A DNA stretch of 64,000 bases from Methanothrix sp. (GCA_040770465.1 JAXGJB010000008.1:1-64000), one strand, 5' to 3'; positions 28,570-38,510 are shown, counted from the stretch's first letter. Translations and numbers: made by a program. Notes: generated from the sequence alone by a model not told the origin.

Positions 28570-29955
28570 ATGACCCAAACTCCAAAAACAGCCGTCGGTA
28601 TAGATGACATCGCAGTCCATGTGCCAAAGCTATTCATATCGACCCTCGGCGAGTTCGCGAGGGAGAGAGGGATCGAGCCAGCGAAGCTCGCAAGAGGGGT
28701 CGGCGTCGAGAAGATGGCGGTCCCCGACGCCCACGAGGACGCCGCCACCATGGCTGCATCCTCCATCCTGAATCTGATGCACAAAAACGACCTTCTCCCC
28801 GAGGAGGTCGGGAGAATTTACATCGGGACCGAGTCGGGGGTCGACGAGGCGAAGGCGATCGGAACCTACGTCATCGGGATGTTGGAGCGGATCTATGGCT
28901 CCGGGTCCTTCCAGGAGTGCGCCACCGTGGAGTTCAAGTCGGCCTGCATCGGAACGACCATCGCTCTTGAGAACGTCGCCGACTGGCTGAGGGCGGGAGG
29001 AGACGACGATCTCAGAGAGAACGCCGGCCGACGGCGGCGAAGGGTGGGGATCGTGGTGGCGACGGACGTCGCCCGCTACGAGCTGAACTCCCCCGGCGAG
29101 TACACCCAGGGAGCGGGCTCCGTCGCCCTCCTGGTCGATCGGGACCCGAGGATTCTGGCTCTCGATCCCGTCATGGGGGTCTATACAAGAGACGAGAACG
29201 ACTTCTTCAGGCCCATCGGGACGAGGTGCGCCGTCGTCAACGGCAAGTACAGCAACCAGTGCTACCTGGCGGCGATGGATGGAGCCTTCTCCTCTTACAG
29301 AAAACGGGCGATCGAAAGCGGGATGATCCGCCTCTCGGAGGGCGAGTGCGCAACAGACCATCTGGGCAAGATCATATTCCATATCCCTTACCCCCGGATG
29401 GCTGAGTACGCGGCAGCCTCGATATTCCGGTCCGAGTGGCGAGATCTGCCCCGGTGGCGGGACGTCGAAGAGGAGATCGGTCCCGAGCCGAGGTCCGAGG
29501 GGAACTTTGGTGAGAAGGAGCGGCTCTCGGCCGAGGAGGGTTACAGGAGGAGGTTCTCAAAGTCCGCACAATTTTTGGAGGCTTTCGAAAAGAAGGTGAA
29601 GCCCTCTACCCTGGCATCGTCGCTGGTCGGAAACATCTACACCGGATCGATTTATTTGGGGCTTGCAAGCCTTCTGGAAAAGGGGCTCCTCGTCCCCGGA
29701 GAGCGGGTCGGCTTCGGCTCCTACGGGAGCGGATGCTCTGCAGCCTTCTTCTCGGGAGTGGTCCCGGCCGGCGTCGAGTCGGTGGCCGCAGGCTATCTAT
29801 TCAAAAAGCTCGACGAGCGGGTAGAGATAGGCCTTGAGGACTATCGGCTCCTCCACGAGGGTGAGCGGCGCGATAGCGTGGTTCCGCCGTCGGGGGAGTT
29901 CGCCCTCGCCGAGATCGACGGGGACGGGTACAGGCACTACGACTTCGTGGGCTGA
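28570..29955 (+). CDS. Hydroxymethylglutaryl-CoA synthase (long, MvaS/haloarchaeal-like)
   Basis: GIDDI, EDAATMA, GTESGVDEAK, EFKSAC, DVARY..GEYTQGAG, FHIPY, GNIYTGS, SYGSG. Confidence 0.9.
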   Translation: MTQTPKTAVGIDDIAVHVPKLFISTLGEFARERGIEPAKLARGVGVEKMAVPDAHEDAATMAASSILNLMHKNDLLPEEVGRIYIGTESGVDEAKAIGTYVIGMLERIYGSGSFQECATVEFKSACIGTTIALENVADWLRAGGDDDLRENAGRRRRRVGIVVATDVARYELNSPGEYTQGAGSVALLVDRDPRILALDPVMGVYTRDENDFFRPIGTRCAVVNGKYSNQCYLAAMDGAFSSYRKRAIESGMIRLSEGECATDHLGKIIFHIPYPRMAEYAAASIFRSEWRDLPRWRDVEEEIGPEPRSEGNFGEKERLSAEEGYRRRFSKSAQFLEAFEKKVKPSTLASSLVGNIYTGSIYLGLASLLEKGLLVPGERVGFGSYGSGCSAAFFSGVVPAGVESVAAGYLFKKLDERVEIGLEDYRLLHEGERRDSVVPPSGEFALAEIDGDGYRHYDFVG

Positions 29956-30050
29956 GGATCTGGGGAGCTGAGGGGCGGGCCTGGGCCGATGAAAGATTGA
30001 CGGCGGCCAATTTCAAATATTTTATATAGGTTGGGCGACCATCAGTATTC

Positions 30051-30674
30051 ATGGGAAAGACGCTTGAACTGCTGGCCTCTCGGGATCGAAGAGAGTTCGT
30101 CCTACCCTTATCCATAGTGATTGCTGGATTTTTGATCTTCGCCTGGACCATCTTTTCTGGGATCTCGGGGATCGGCGGAGATCTGATCCAGGCGACGGCG
30201 CCGGGGACTGTTGACCTCGACCTTCAGGATGTCGGAGAGTACACCATCTTCTACGAGAACGTGAGCTTCGTCGACGGTCGGTTTTACTCGACGGGAGATG
30301 CGATTCCATCTGGTCTTGAGATGGAGGTGGTGGACCTATCTTCCGGGGAGAAAGCAGATCTCCACCCTTCGGTGGGAGGGTCCACCTACACCATCGGCGG
30401 CCGTTCGGGCAGGTCGATCGCGGCCTTTGTCATCGATCATCCCGGAGTCTACAGGATGACGAGCAGGTACTCGCCGGGGAGCGATGGGCCGGAGGTGGCC
30501 CTGGCGGTCGGCCATGACTTCGTAGGGAAGATGATATCGATGATGTTGGTCTCCTCCGCCGCGTTCTTTGGATCGATTATCATCGCAGCCATCATCCTGG
30601 TTTCGATCCAAAGAAAGAGGGGGAGGGAGGAGGAGCGGCTCCGGGAGGAAGCGCGGATGATTCGGGGCCGGTGA
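30051..30674 (+). CDS. Hypothetical membrane protein with two TM segments
   Basis: N- and C-terminal hydrophobic helices around a beta-rich domain; TTTATATA upstream. Confidence 0.7.
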   Translation: MGKTLELLASRDRREFVLPLSIVIAGFLIFAWTIFSGISGIGGDLIQATAPGTVDLDLQDVGEYTIFYENVSFVDGRFYSTGDAIPSGLEMEVVDLSSGEKADLHPSVGGSTYTIGGRSGRSIAAFVIDHPGVYRMTSRYSPGSDGPEVALAVGHDFVGKMISMMLVSSAAFFGSIIIAAIILVSIQRKRGREEERLREEARMIRGR

Positions 30675-30680
30675 CCTGAG

Positions 30681-31604
30681 TTGCCAGATCCAACTTGGAA
30701 GAAAAACAGGAATCGGTCCCCGAAATTCAAAGATGGGAGAAATGATGATTTGACACCACAAAAACCGCCTGCTATCGTCCTGGTGGCTTTCGGAAGCCTC
30801 GACCCCGAGGCGAGGAAGACCTACGGGAATATCAGAGACGCCTACCAGCAAAAGTTTCCCGGCTCGACGGTCCGGATCGCCTTCACCGCCGATTTCATCC
30901 GGCGGATTCTCGCAGAAAAAGAGGGGGTCTACGTCCACGGCCCCCTTGCAGCCCTGGCAGAGCTTTCCGACGAGGGCGAGACAAATGTGGTCGTCCAGTC
31001 GCTCCACGTCGCCCCCGGCTCCGAGTTCCACGATGCTGCATCCCTCGTCTCGGCCCTCAGGTCTGTCCGGGGAAAGTTCGGATTCCGGAATCTGGAGATG
31101 GGTCCGCCGCTGCTCGCAAGCGGCCGGGATTTCGATGCCGTCTCAAAGGCCCTGGCCTCGGAGTTCGATCGGCTCACCGTCGAGGGCGAAGTGGCGATTC
31201 GCCCAAGAAACCCGGAGGAGACGGCCGTCGTCCTGATGGGCCACGGGACCGACCACCCCGCAGACTCTGCCTACGCCCGGATGGCGCTCGTCCTCGAACG
31301 GGATCACAGGAACGTCTTTTTGGGGACGATCGACGGCTTTCCGGGGCTGGAGGAGGTGATGGCCGAGGTGAAGCTGGCGTCCGGCGTCGGGAGGGTGAGG
31401 CTCCTCCCCTTCCTCCTGGTGGCAGGAGGCCACGCCACGAAAGACCTGGCCGGGGACGACCCCACATCCTGGAAGAGCGCCTTCGAGGAGGCGGGCTTTG
31501 AGGTCGAAGTCCTTCTCCGAGGGATGGGCGAAAACCCCGGGGTGGTGGAGGTCTTCATCGAGCATTCGAAACAAGCGATCGAAGGCTTCCGGCAGACCTT
31601 ATGA
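30681..31604 (+). CDS. cbiK: Sirohydrochlorin cobaltochelatase, CbiK type (start uncertain)
   Basis: IVLVAFGS, AFTA..IR, VQSLHV.PG.EF, MGHGT.H, LVAGGHA..DLAG..SWKS. Confidence 0.85.
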   Translation: MPDPTWKKNRNRSPKFKDGRNDDLTPQKPPAIVLVAFGSLDPEARKTYGNIRDAYQQKFPGSTVRIAFTADFIRRILAEKEGVYVHGPLAALAELSDEGETNVVVQSLHVAPGSEFHDAASLVSALRSVRGKFGFRNLEMGPPLLASGRDFDAVSKALASEFDRLTVEGEVAIRPRNPEETAVVLMGHGTDHPADSAYARMALVLERDHRNVFLGTIDGFPGLEEVMAEVKLASGVGRVRLLPFLLVAGGHATKDLAGDDPTSWKSAFEEAGFEVEVLLRGMGENPGVVEVFIEHSKQAIEGFRQTL

Positions 31605-31682
31605 AACGAGGGTGCCCAGGCGGCGGCGCAGAACCTGAGGCTGCCGTAGGTGGACCCGCCGGGATGGCTGACGCCCGCGCCA

Positions 31683-32327
31683 TCAATCCGATTCCTTCCA
31701 GCCCTCCAGCCCCTCCTTATAGAGGAAGGCGACGATCAGAAGCCCCACAATGGGGTCGGCCTGCCAGAGGCCGAATAGGTAGTTTGCCCCAAGACCCACC
31801 AGCAGGGCAGCAGATAGGAGAGCGCAGGCGAGGGTCTCTTTTGAGTCGGCGATGAGGGCCCGGCTTCCGATCGCCACCCCCAGGTCCCGTTTTTTGCGGG
31901 CGATAATCGGCATTATCAATATCGAGAGGAGGGCTATCGCGATCCCCGGCGCCGATGGTTCGGAGACCTCATTGCCCGCCAGCTTTCCCATCGACTCGAT
32001 GAGGACGTAAGATCCGAGGAGAAAGAAGGTCACGGCGACGAACCTCTCGGCCCTCCTCTCGATCTCCTCCTCTTCCCCCTCAGAGCCCGACCGGTGCTTT
32101 CTGAGCCGCCATATCAAAATCAGGGCCGAGAGGGACTCGACGATGCTGTCGAGCCCAAAGCCGACGAGGGCGATGGACCCCGCGAGCCGTCCAAAGAATA
32201 TGGAGGCTATCGCCTCGGCGACGTTGTAGGCTAAATTGAAGTACTCCAGCCGGAGGGCTCTTTTGTAGGGATCTTTAGAGGCGTCCGTCTCAACCATGTC
32301 TGATGCCACCACTTTCGCGTTCTCCAC
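31683..32327 (-). CDS. Cation efflux family transporter (TM domain only)
   Basis: YNVAE, SIALVGFGLDS..E, ALIADSKET..C, WQADP. Confidence 0.82.
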   Translation of the reverse strand: MENAKVVASDMVETDASKDPYKRALRLEYFNLAYNVAEAIASIFFGRLAGSIALVGFGLDSIVESLSALILIWRLRKHRSGSEGEEEEIERRAERFVAVTFFLLGSYVLIESMGKLAGNEVSEPSAPGIAIALLSILIMPIIARKKRDLGVAIGSRALIADSKETLACALLSAALLVGLGANYLFGLWQADPIVGLLIVAFLYKEGLEGWKESD

Positions 32328-32482
32328 TTCACCAAATCTGGATGGAAATTTTGGCTTTCAACCATTTAGAACCATATGCTCTGGCTCTTCTCTGTTCTAG
32401 ATCGTCGTGATTCCTTTCCACATTTCTTGGCTGCTTTCCAGCACCAAAGCCCCAAATACCATCCCGACAAAATAAACTCCCA

Positions 32483-33097
32483 ATGTCCCCCCAAGAGAGC
32501 GCCCTCCTCCTCGTCGTCTACCTCGCCTGCTTCGCCGCCATCCACAGCCTCATGGCCAGCCTCCCCTTCAAGAGGAGGGCAGCGAAGATCCTCGGCCGCC
32601 GGACCGACCGGTGGTACCCGGCCATCTTCTCCCTCTCGGCCCTGGTGATGGTCCTGCCGCTGGTCTACCTCGTCTACCTATTCCCCGGAAAGGTCCTCTA
32701 CGTCGTCCCCTCGCCCTGGCGGTGGGCGATGGTGGCGGGGCAGGTCCTGGCGGGGCTTCTGTCCCTCAGGGCTTTTTCCGACGCGCCCCACCGGTTCCGG
32801 GTCCCGCTCCAGCTGGCGGGGGCGGGGGCCGCCGAGGCGAAGCCGCTGGCCCCGCGGGGTATCTACTGCTGGATAAGAGATCCGTTCCTCCTATCGGGCT
32901 TTCTCCTCATCTGGCTCACCCCCTTCATGACGACGAACATCCTCATCCTCTACGCCATCGTCACCGTCTACCTATACCTGGGGTCGCTCCACTGGGAGAA
33001 AAGGCTCCTCGCCCAGTTCGGGGGCGAGTACCGGGCGTACCAGAGAAGGGTTCCGAGGATGGTCCCCTGGCGGGGGAGGGTCTGCCCCGGCAGTTGA
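32483..33097 (+). CDS. ICMT/NnrU/MddA-like membrane methyltransferase, paralog 1
   Basis: HSLMAS..FK, GIYCWIRDP, EKRL..FG..Y..YQ..VP. Confidence 0.75.
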   Translation: MSPQESALLLVVYLACFAAIHSLMASLPFKRRAAKILGRRTDRWYPAIFSLSALVMVLPLVYLVYLFPGKVLYVVPSPWRWAMVAGQVLAGLLSLRAFSDAPHRFRVPLQLAGAGAAEAKPLAPRGIYCWIRDPFLLSGFLLIWLTPFMTTNILILYAIVTVYLYLGSLHWEKRLLAQFGGEYRAYQRRVPRMVPWRGRVCPGS

Positions 33098-33118
33098 CGG
33101 CAAACGGAGGAGAAGAAG

Positions 33119-33805
33119 ATGTTCTCGAACTCGACCCTCGTCCTCGCCCTCTACCTCATCGGCTATGCCAGCCTGCACAGCCTCCTCGCGGACAGCCGGA
33201 TCAAAAGACGAGCCCGGCGAGCCCTCGGCCCGAGAAAGATGAGGTGGTACCGGCTTTTCTTTTCGATAATGGCGGCCGCCACCCTCTCCCCGCTTCTGTA
33301 CCTCCTCTATCACTTCCCCGGAGAGACCCTTTACTTAGTCCCCTCCCCCTGGCGATGGGGGATGATCGCGGGGCAGCTGGCAGCGGCCCTCGCCTTCGGC
33401 AAGGCCTTCCTCGCCATGGGGCCCCTCCGATTTCTGGGGTTCCATCCCGATGACGGCGAAGGCGAGGGCGATCTGATCATCGAGGGCGTCTACTGCAGGA
33501 CGAGAAACCCCCTCTTCCTCTTCGCCCTGATCTTCCTCTGGCTCTCCCCAGTCATGACCGAGAACCTCCTCGTCCTCTACCTCATCGCCACCGTCTACTT
33601 CTATCTCGGATCGATCCACGAGGAGAGGATGCTGGCCGAGAAGTTCGGAGCCGCCTACCGCGACTACCAGAGGCGAGTGCCCAGGATCGTCCCCCGCCTG
33701 CGCTGCCGCTATCCCGAAACGCGAGTCGGAGGCGGGGGTCGGGACAGGGGGTCCGGCGCTGAAACGAGACCTGAGACGGACTCCGACGAAGCTCGCAACC
33801 TCTGA
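33119..33805 (+). CDS. ICMT/NnrU/MddA-like membrane methyltransferase, paralog 2
   Basis: HSLLA, GVYCRTRNP, EERML..FG..Y..YQ..VP; shares LY.VPSPWRW with paralog 1. Confidence 0.75.
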   Translation: MFSNSTLVLALYLIGYASLHSLLADSRIKRRARRALGPRKMRWYRLFFSIMAAATLSPLLYLLYHFPGETLYLVPSPWRWGMIAGQLAAALAFGKAFLAMGPLRFLGFHPDDGEGEGDLIIEGVYCRTRNPLFLFALIFLWLSPVMTENLLVLYLIATVYFYLGSIHEERMLAEKFGAAYRDYQRRVPRIVPRLRCRYPETRVGGGGRDRGSGAETRPETDSDEARNL

Positions 33806-33891
33806 TGACTGATGACCTCTGACGACGAGGGAGGCGGCGACATCCGACGACTTCTGATCTTAATCTCTGATCCCGAAAGGCCGGCGAAAGT

Positions 33892-34470
33892 TCACCGGCC
33901 GTAGGTCGCCGCGGCCTCGCCCGACGAGAGAATGTTCCCCTCCATCGCCGCCTCCAGGTCGGATCTATCGGAGCCGGCCGCGAGATCGAGCTTTGAATCC
34001 AGAGCATAAACCAAGAGGACGTACCGATGAGCAGGCCCCGACGGCGGGCATGGTCCAGCGTACCCGATCTCCCCGAAGCCGTTCGTCCCCTGAACCGCTC
34101 CCACCGGATCCGAGACCTCCCCCACCCGAGGGATCGCCTCGGGGACCGACTCCGCCGGCTCGAGGTTCCAGATCAGCCAGTGGACGAATGTCCCCCGGGG
34201 AGCGTCAGGGTCCTCCAGGATCATCGCCACCGACTCCGCCGATTCGACGATGCCGCTGATCTCGACGGGGGGAGATAGGTCCTCGCCGTCACAGGTGTAC
34301 CTCTCGGGGAAGGAATCTAATCCCAGGGAGACGTTAAGGCCGGCGAGAGCGTACTCTCCATCCGATCCGCCGCCGTCGCCACCGTCGCCATCGACATCTT
34401 CAGAGCATCCCGCCGTGGCCACCGACGCCAGTATCGCAATCACGATCAAGACCGATGGGAAGATCCTCAC
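33892..34470 (-). CDS. YbhB/YbcL (PEBP/RKIP-like) lipoprotein
   Basis: TAGC lipobox; YTCDGEDLSP, DPDAP..FVHW, GY.GPCPP..HRY. Confidence 0.9.
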   Translation of the reverse strand: MRIFPSVLIVIAILASVATAGCSEDVDGDGGDGGGSDGEYALAGLNVSLGLDSFPERYTCDGEDLSPPVEISGIVESAESVAMILEDPDAPRGTFVHWLIWNLEPAESVPEAIPRVGEVSDPVGAVQGTNGFGEIGYAGPCPPSGPAHRYVLLVYALDSKLDLAAGSDRSDLEAAMEGNILSSGEAAATYGR

Positions 34471-34898
34471 TCTTCCACCAGCTCGAAATCGATGCTCACC
34501 GAGGTGCTCATCGACCGGATGACCGGCACCCTCCCCGCAACGTCGGCGAACATCTCCATCAGGGTCTCGGGGTCGCCGTCCGCGGCCAGGCTGACCTTTA
34601 CCTCGATCCTGGTCACCTCCCGGCCGTCCGCCGACGTCTCTAAGACCCCCTCGGCTCTGGATCGATAAGACCGGAGGACGACGTCGTACTTTCTCGCCCT
34701 GGCGAGGGTGGTGGTGAGGACGCAGGCGTTGGCGGCGGCGACGAAGAGATCCTCCGGCGACGGATAGCCCCCGACTCCGCCGAACTCCGCCGGCAAGGCG
34801 ACCTCGATATTCGTGCCGGAAGCGGAAGGAAAGGCGATCTCGCCTTTCGCCCCACCGGTCCAGGTCACAAGGTTGTTGAAGGTGAGCTCTTCTGTCAT
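34467..34898 (-). CDS. OsmC/Ohr family protein
   Basis: PAEFGG...SPEDLFVAAANAC; second Cys replaced (VPVIRS). Confidence 0.8.
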   Translation of the reverse strand: MTEELTFNNLVTWTGGAKGEIAFPSASGTNIEVALPAEFGGVGGYPSPEDLFVAAANACVLTTTLARARKYDVVLRSYRSRAEGVLETSADGREVTRIEVKVSLAADGDPETLMEMFADVAGRVPVIRSMSTSVSIDFELVEE

Positions 34899-34957
34899 GG
34901 TCGGAGGTTTAGAACTTCTCGGCTATTATCACTTTCCGGAGAATGCCGATCAAGGGA

Positions 34958-36028
34958 TTAAGAGTGTGAGTGGTCGGGCAAGTCGCCGTGTCGGTGGTTT
35001 TCAACCCGATGATAAGCCTCCCCGGCGGCCCGAGGCGGATCGACGTGGACGGTGGCGTCGGAGATGTAGGGGAGGCTGTGATGGAGCATGTGGGTGACTT
35101 CCGCGGCTATCTCGTGCCCCCTCTCGACCGAGAGCTCAGGATCGACTATCACGTTGATCTCGGCGTGAAGCCTGATCCCCATCCACCTCACCTTCACCTC
35201 CGCCACATCCTCGACGCCGGGGGTCCGGGCCGCCGCCGCCCTCACCTCGTCTGCAACCTCCGGGTCGACTCCGTCTACGAGCCTGGTCAGGACCACCAGC
35301 CCAGACTTCCAGCCGATCTGGAGTATGACGGCGGCGATCAAAAGCCCCACCAGAGGGTCCGCCCTGGGGTATCCGGCAGCGACGCCGAGGGAGCCTAGGA
35401 GGACCGCGAGGCTCGTCAGGCCGTCGGCCCGGGCGTGGCGGCCGTCGGCCACCAGGGCGGCGCTGTTGATCTCTCGGCCCACCTTCATCCGGAAGACTGC
35501 CACCGCCTCGTTTCCGGCAAATCCGATCAGCGACGCCAGAATCACCGCCCAAAGAAACTCAATGGATCGGGGCTGAAAGAGCCTCGAAAGGGACTCGTAA
35601 CCGGTGAAGACGGCGCTGGCGACAATCATCAGGACGACGACCAGCCCCGCCAGGTCCTCGGCCCGGCCGTATCCGTAGGTGAACCTCCTCGTGGGAGGAC
35701 GCTGGCCCAGCCTGAAGGCGACCCAGAGGGGGACGGCCGTCGCCGCGTCTCCCAGGTTGTGGACGGTGTCGGCGAGGAGGGCCATGCTCCCGGAGAAGAA
35801 GACTATCGCCACCTGAAGGAGGGCAGTTGCCAGAAGAGCGACGAAGGAGACCTTGACGGCCCAGATCCCCCTCTCTGCCGCCAGGAGCGCGGGGTCGGCG
35901 GGGGCGTGGGCGTGGAGGTGGAGATGATTTGAGCCGTGGTGATGCTGGTGATGCCTGCCATCCGTGCCGTGGTGGTCGTCGTTCTTCGAGATCATGCTCG
36001 GATCGGAATTGAATCTCTCTTCTGCCAA
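34958..36028 (-). CDS. Cation diffusion facilitator with His-rich termini
   Basis: LADTVHNLGD, FTYGYGRAE, SAALVADGRHARAD, TVHVDP. Confidence 0.9.
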   Translation of the reverse strand: MAEERFNSDPSMISKNDDHHGTDGRHHQHHHGSNHLHLHAHAPADPALLAAERGIWAVKVSFVALLATALLQVAIVFFSGSMALLADTVHNLGDAATAVPLWVAFRLGQRPPTRRFTYGYGRAEDLAGLVVVLMIVASAVFTGYESLSRLFQPRSIEFLWAVILASLIGFAGNEAVAVFRMKVGREINSAALVADGRHARADGLTSLAVLLGSLGVAAGYPRADPLVGLLIAAVILQIGWKSGLVVLTRLVDGVDPEVADEVRAAAARTPGVEDVAEVKVRWMGIRLHAEINVIVDPELSVERGHEIAAEVTHMLHHSLPYISDATVHVDPPRAAGEAYHRVENHRHGDLPDHSHS

Positions 36029-36198
36029 TTTAAATTTGACCCGTGCCGACCCCCGAAGACGAAGGAGACGGCGAAGAAGACGGCAAAGTGACGACGAAGA
36101 TGACGATGAAGATGAGAATGGTGACGAGGATGATTGTGATCAAGAGAACAGAGAATCCAACGTAAAGTATATCGAAGTCGAGGCCCAAAAAACCCGGC

Positions 36199-36594
36199 AT
36201 GGACCCGACCCTGTTTCTCCTCTTCGGCTTCGTCCTGGCGTCGGCCGTCATCCTTGCCGCGGTCAAGAGGTTCATCATCGACAACTCGGACTTCTGGATG
36301 TCCATGGGCATCATCCTCGCCGACCGGGGCAGCTACGAATGGGCCGCCCGATGCTGCGGAAGGGCCGTCGGGATATACCCCTTCTACGTCCACGCCTGGA
36401 ACAACTGGGGGCTCTCCCTCTACGAGCTGGGAAGGTACGAGGAGGCTCTCGAACGGATCGACGAGGCCCTGGCCCTGAACCCGGACCTCGGCGAGGCCTG
36501 GCATAACAGGGGTCTGATCCTGGAGAAGCTCGGCAGGAAGGCGGAGGCTGAGGAGGCTTTCGCGAGGGCCAGAGGCTTGGGTGCCGGTCTTTGA
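36199..36594 (+). CDS. Membrane-anchored TPR protein
   Basis: N-terminal TM helix; AWNNWG and AWHNRG repeats. Confidence 0.8.
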   Translation: MDPTLFLLFGFVLASAVILAAVKRFIIDNSDFWMSMGIILADRGSYEWAARCCGRAVGIYPFYVHAWNNWGLSLYELGRYEEALERIDEALALNPDLGEAWHNRGLILEKLGRKAEAEEAFARARGLGAGL

Positions 36595-36636
36595 TGGGTG
36601 GTCAAAAGCTTTGTTAAAGGTTTAAAAAGAATAAAT

Positions 36637-36897
36637 ATGATGAATGCATATAGCCAGGCCATGACCTGGAAGAAGATCACCGACTATTGGGCAGAATGGA
36701 TGATGGGAGAGAAGAAAAGGGGCAACATCGGCCTCCTCTTCGAAGACGATGGGCGGGTTCTGTACGACCTCTCCCACGAGAACTTCATCACCGTCCTGAA
36801 CCTGCTCCAGGGCAAAAAACAGGTATGGTTCGACGACGCGGAAGAGAGCTTCAGGGCCAGCAACGAGGTGCCGAAGTATTCCTTGGTGGATAAATAG
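36637..36897 (+). CDS. Hypothetical protein
   Basis: ATG just after a TTTAAAAA TATA-like site; host-like codon usage. Confidence 0.5.
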   Translation: MMNAYSQAMTWKKITDYWAEWMMGEKKRGNIGLLFEDDGRVLYDLSHENFITVLNLLQGKKQVWFDDAEESFRASNEVPKYSLVDK

Positions 36898-37021
36898 GGC
36901 CGATTCCGCCCTTCCTCCCGGCTGCCCAGCAGACTTTCCCACCAGCGGCGATCCGCATTTCTGGCAGGTCATCGTCCGGCAGGGAACGCCGGCCACCAGC
37001 CGCGTCTCAAGCCGCCATATT

Positions 37022-37567
37022 TCAGATGCCCACCTCCACCCCGGCCCCCTTCAGGAGGACCCGACACCGCTCGCAAAACCGGGAGCTTTTGAAGTCGGTC
37101 TCGTCGATGGAGTTTGAGAAGGCCATGACACACCCCCGGTCTGGACAGTGGGGAAGGCCGAAGACGTGGCCAAGCTCGTGGACCGCCTCCTTTTTTGCCC
37201 TCTCTCTGAAGAGCTCGGGGTTGGGGGATAAGCCATAGAACTCCTGCCGGAGCCTCGCCAGAGATATTATCGCCCGGCTCCCGCAGGCGAGGCCGAAGAT
37301 GAAGTTTGTGTCGGCGACGAACATGTCCTCGTCGATCACCCCCAGGACGGCGTCCTCCTCCCCGGCCTTGGGCGCCGGAAGGGCCGCGAGGACCAACCCT
37401 CCCACCAGCTGGCCCCTCTCGGGAACGCAGGCTTTTCCTGGAACGTCGATAGCCGGCCTCAGCTCGACGACGCCGAAGATCGATCCCAGCTCGCAATCGA
37501 GAAAGGCGATGGCGTTCGGGTCGACGGCTCCGACGGGATGAAGGATTATGGTGGTCACGTCCCTCAC
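37022..37567 (-). CDS. amzA: Archaemetzincin zinc metalloprotease
   Basis: NFIFGLA, KEAVHELGHVFGLPHC...CVM.FSNS...D.K...FC..C. Confidence 0.92.
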   Translation of the reverse strand: MRDVTTIILHPVGAVDPNAIAFLDCELGSIFGVVELRPAIDVPGKACVPERGQLVGGLVLAALPAPKAGEEDAVLGVIDEDMFVADTNFIFGLACGSRAIISLARLRQEFYGLSPNPELFRERAKKEAVHELGHVFGLPHCPDRGCVMAFSNSIDETDFKSSRFCERCRVLLKGAGVEVGI

Positions 37568-37673
37568 CGCGTCTTATTATTGACCAGAAAAGATGAGAAC
37601 GCAGAGATGATCGCACCTCGATCTCCAATTTCTCCGAGCCTCCGAGTCTCAGATTTCTCCAGCTTTATCCCGC

Positions 37674-37814
37674 CTATTTCTCGGAGAGGGACTTCTGGTA
37701 GGCCTTCCAGCCGGGGCACCAGCCGGTGTGCCACTTCCAGATTCTGGCGATCAGGGAATCCGGCTTCGCCTCGGCCCGCCGCCTGATGGGGCATCTATCG
37801 CATGTTGATGACAT
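37674..37814 (-). CDS. Small (46 aa) Cys/Trp-rich protein
   Basis: MSSTCDRCPIRRRAEAKPDSLIARIWKWHTGWCPGWKAYQKSLSEK; TTATA upstream. Confidence 0.7.
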   Translation of the reverse strand: MSSTCDRCPIRRRAEAKPDSLIARIWKWHTGWCPGWKAYQKSLSEK

Positions 37815-37935
37815 GATATGATGATGGCGCAAATGGTATAAGGAATTTGCGAAGGAAGGTCTGAAAGGCAAGAGCCAGGAGGCTCGCCCTGAATAGATCG
37901 GGAGACGAATTGTCATGATAAGCGTATAAGCGGGG

Positions 37936-38349
37936 TCATGGGAAGTACTCGGCGGGAAGCCTGAGGATGCCAGATGCAGCCAGAACCACCACGATCATTG
38001 TGTATATCACGGAGACGCAGAGGTCTTTGATCATATCGCCCTTCGAGTATCCCGTCTCCTGCTTCCCCGAGACCGCCTCCTTTACGCCCCTGTGCATCAA
38101 TACGAAGCCCAGAATGTTTGTCATCCAGTAGCCTGCAACCATGGCGGGGAGAAAGAGCTCCTCGGAGACGAGGCCGAAGAGGGCCCCGAAGGCGTAGGCG
38201 AGGGGTATGTTCACGAAGAGGTCGTTCCACCAAGAGACGGGCGAGAGCAGATAGCCCACCGTGGCCATAAGGCCCCCCTTGACCCTATGCTTCCCGATCT
38301 CGCGGCCGGCGATCTCGATGGAATCGTTCTCGCTTTCCCCATCCTTCAT
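37936..38349 (-). CDS. Hypothetical membrane protein
   Basis: GYLLSPVSWWNDLFVNIPLA and GYWMTNILG hydrophobic segments. Confidence 0.75.
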   Translation of the reverse strand: MKDGESENDSIEIAGREIGKHRVKGGLMATVGYLLSPVSWWNDLFVNIPLAYAFGALFGLVSEELFLPAMVAGYWMTNILGFVLMHRGVKEAVSGKQETGYSKGDMIKDLCVSVIYTMIVVVLAASGILRLPAEYFP

Positions 38350-38510
38350 CTCTGAGATTTAGGAGGACTTCCCATTTATTCTTTCGTTTCAAAATGCTCG
38401 CGGATCAAGCGATCGAAAGAGTTATTGCCGAATATCCCGAAATTCGGAGGAGGTAAGGCGATCTATTCCCATTGAGACGAATGCAGCATCATCACCTGTG
38501 AGCTGAGACC

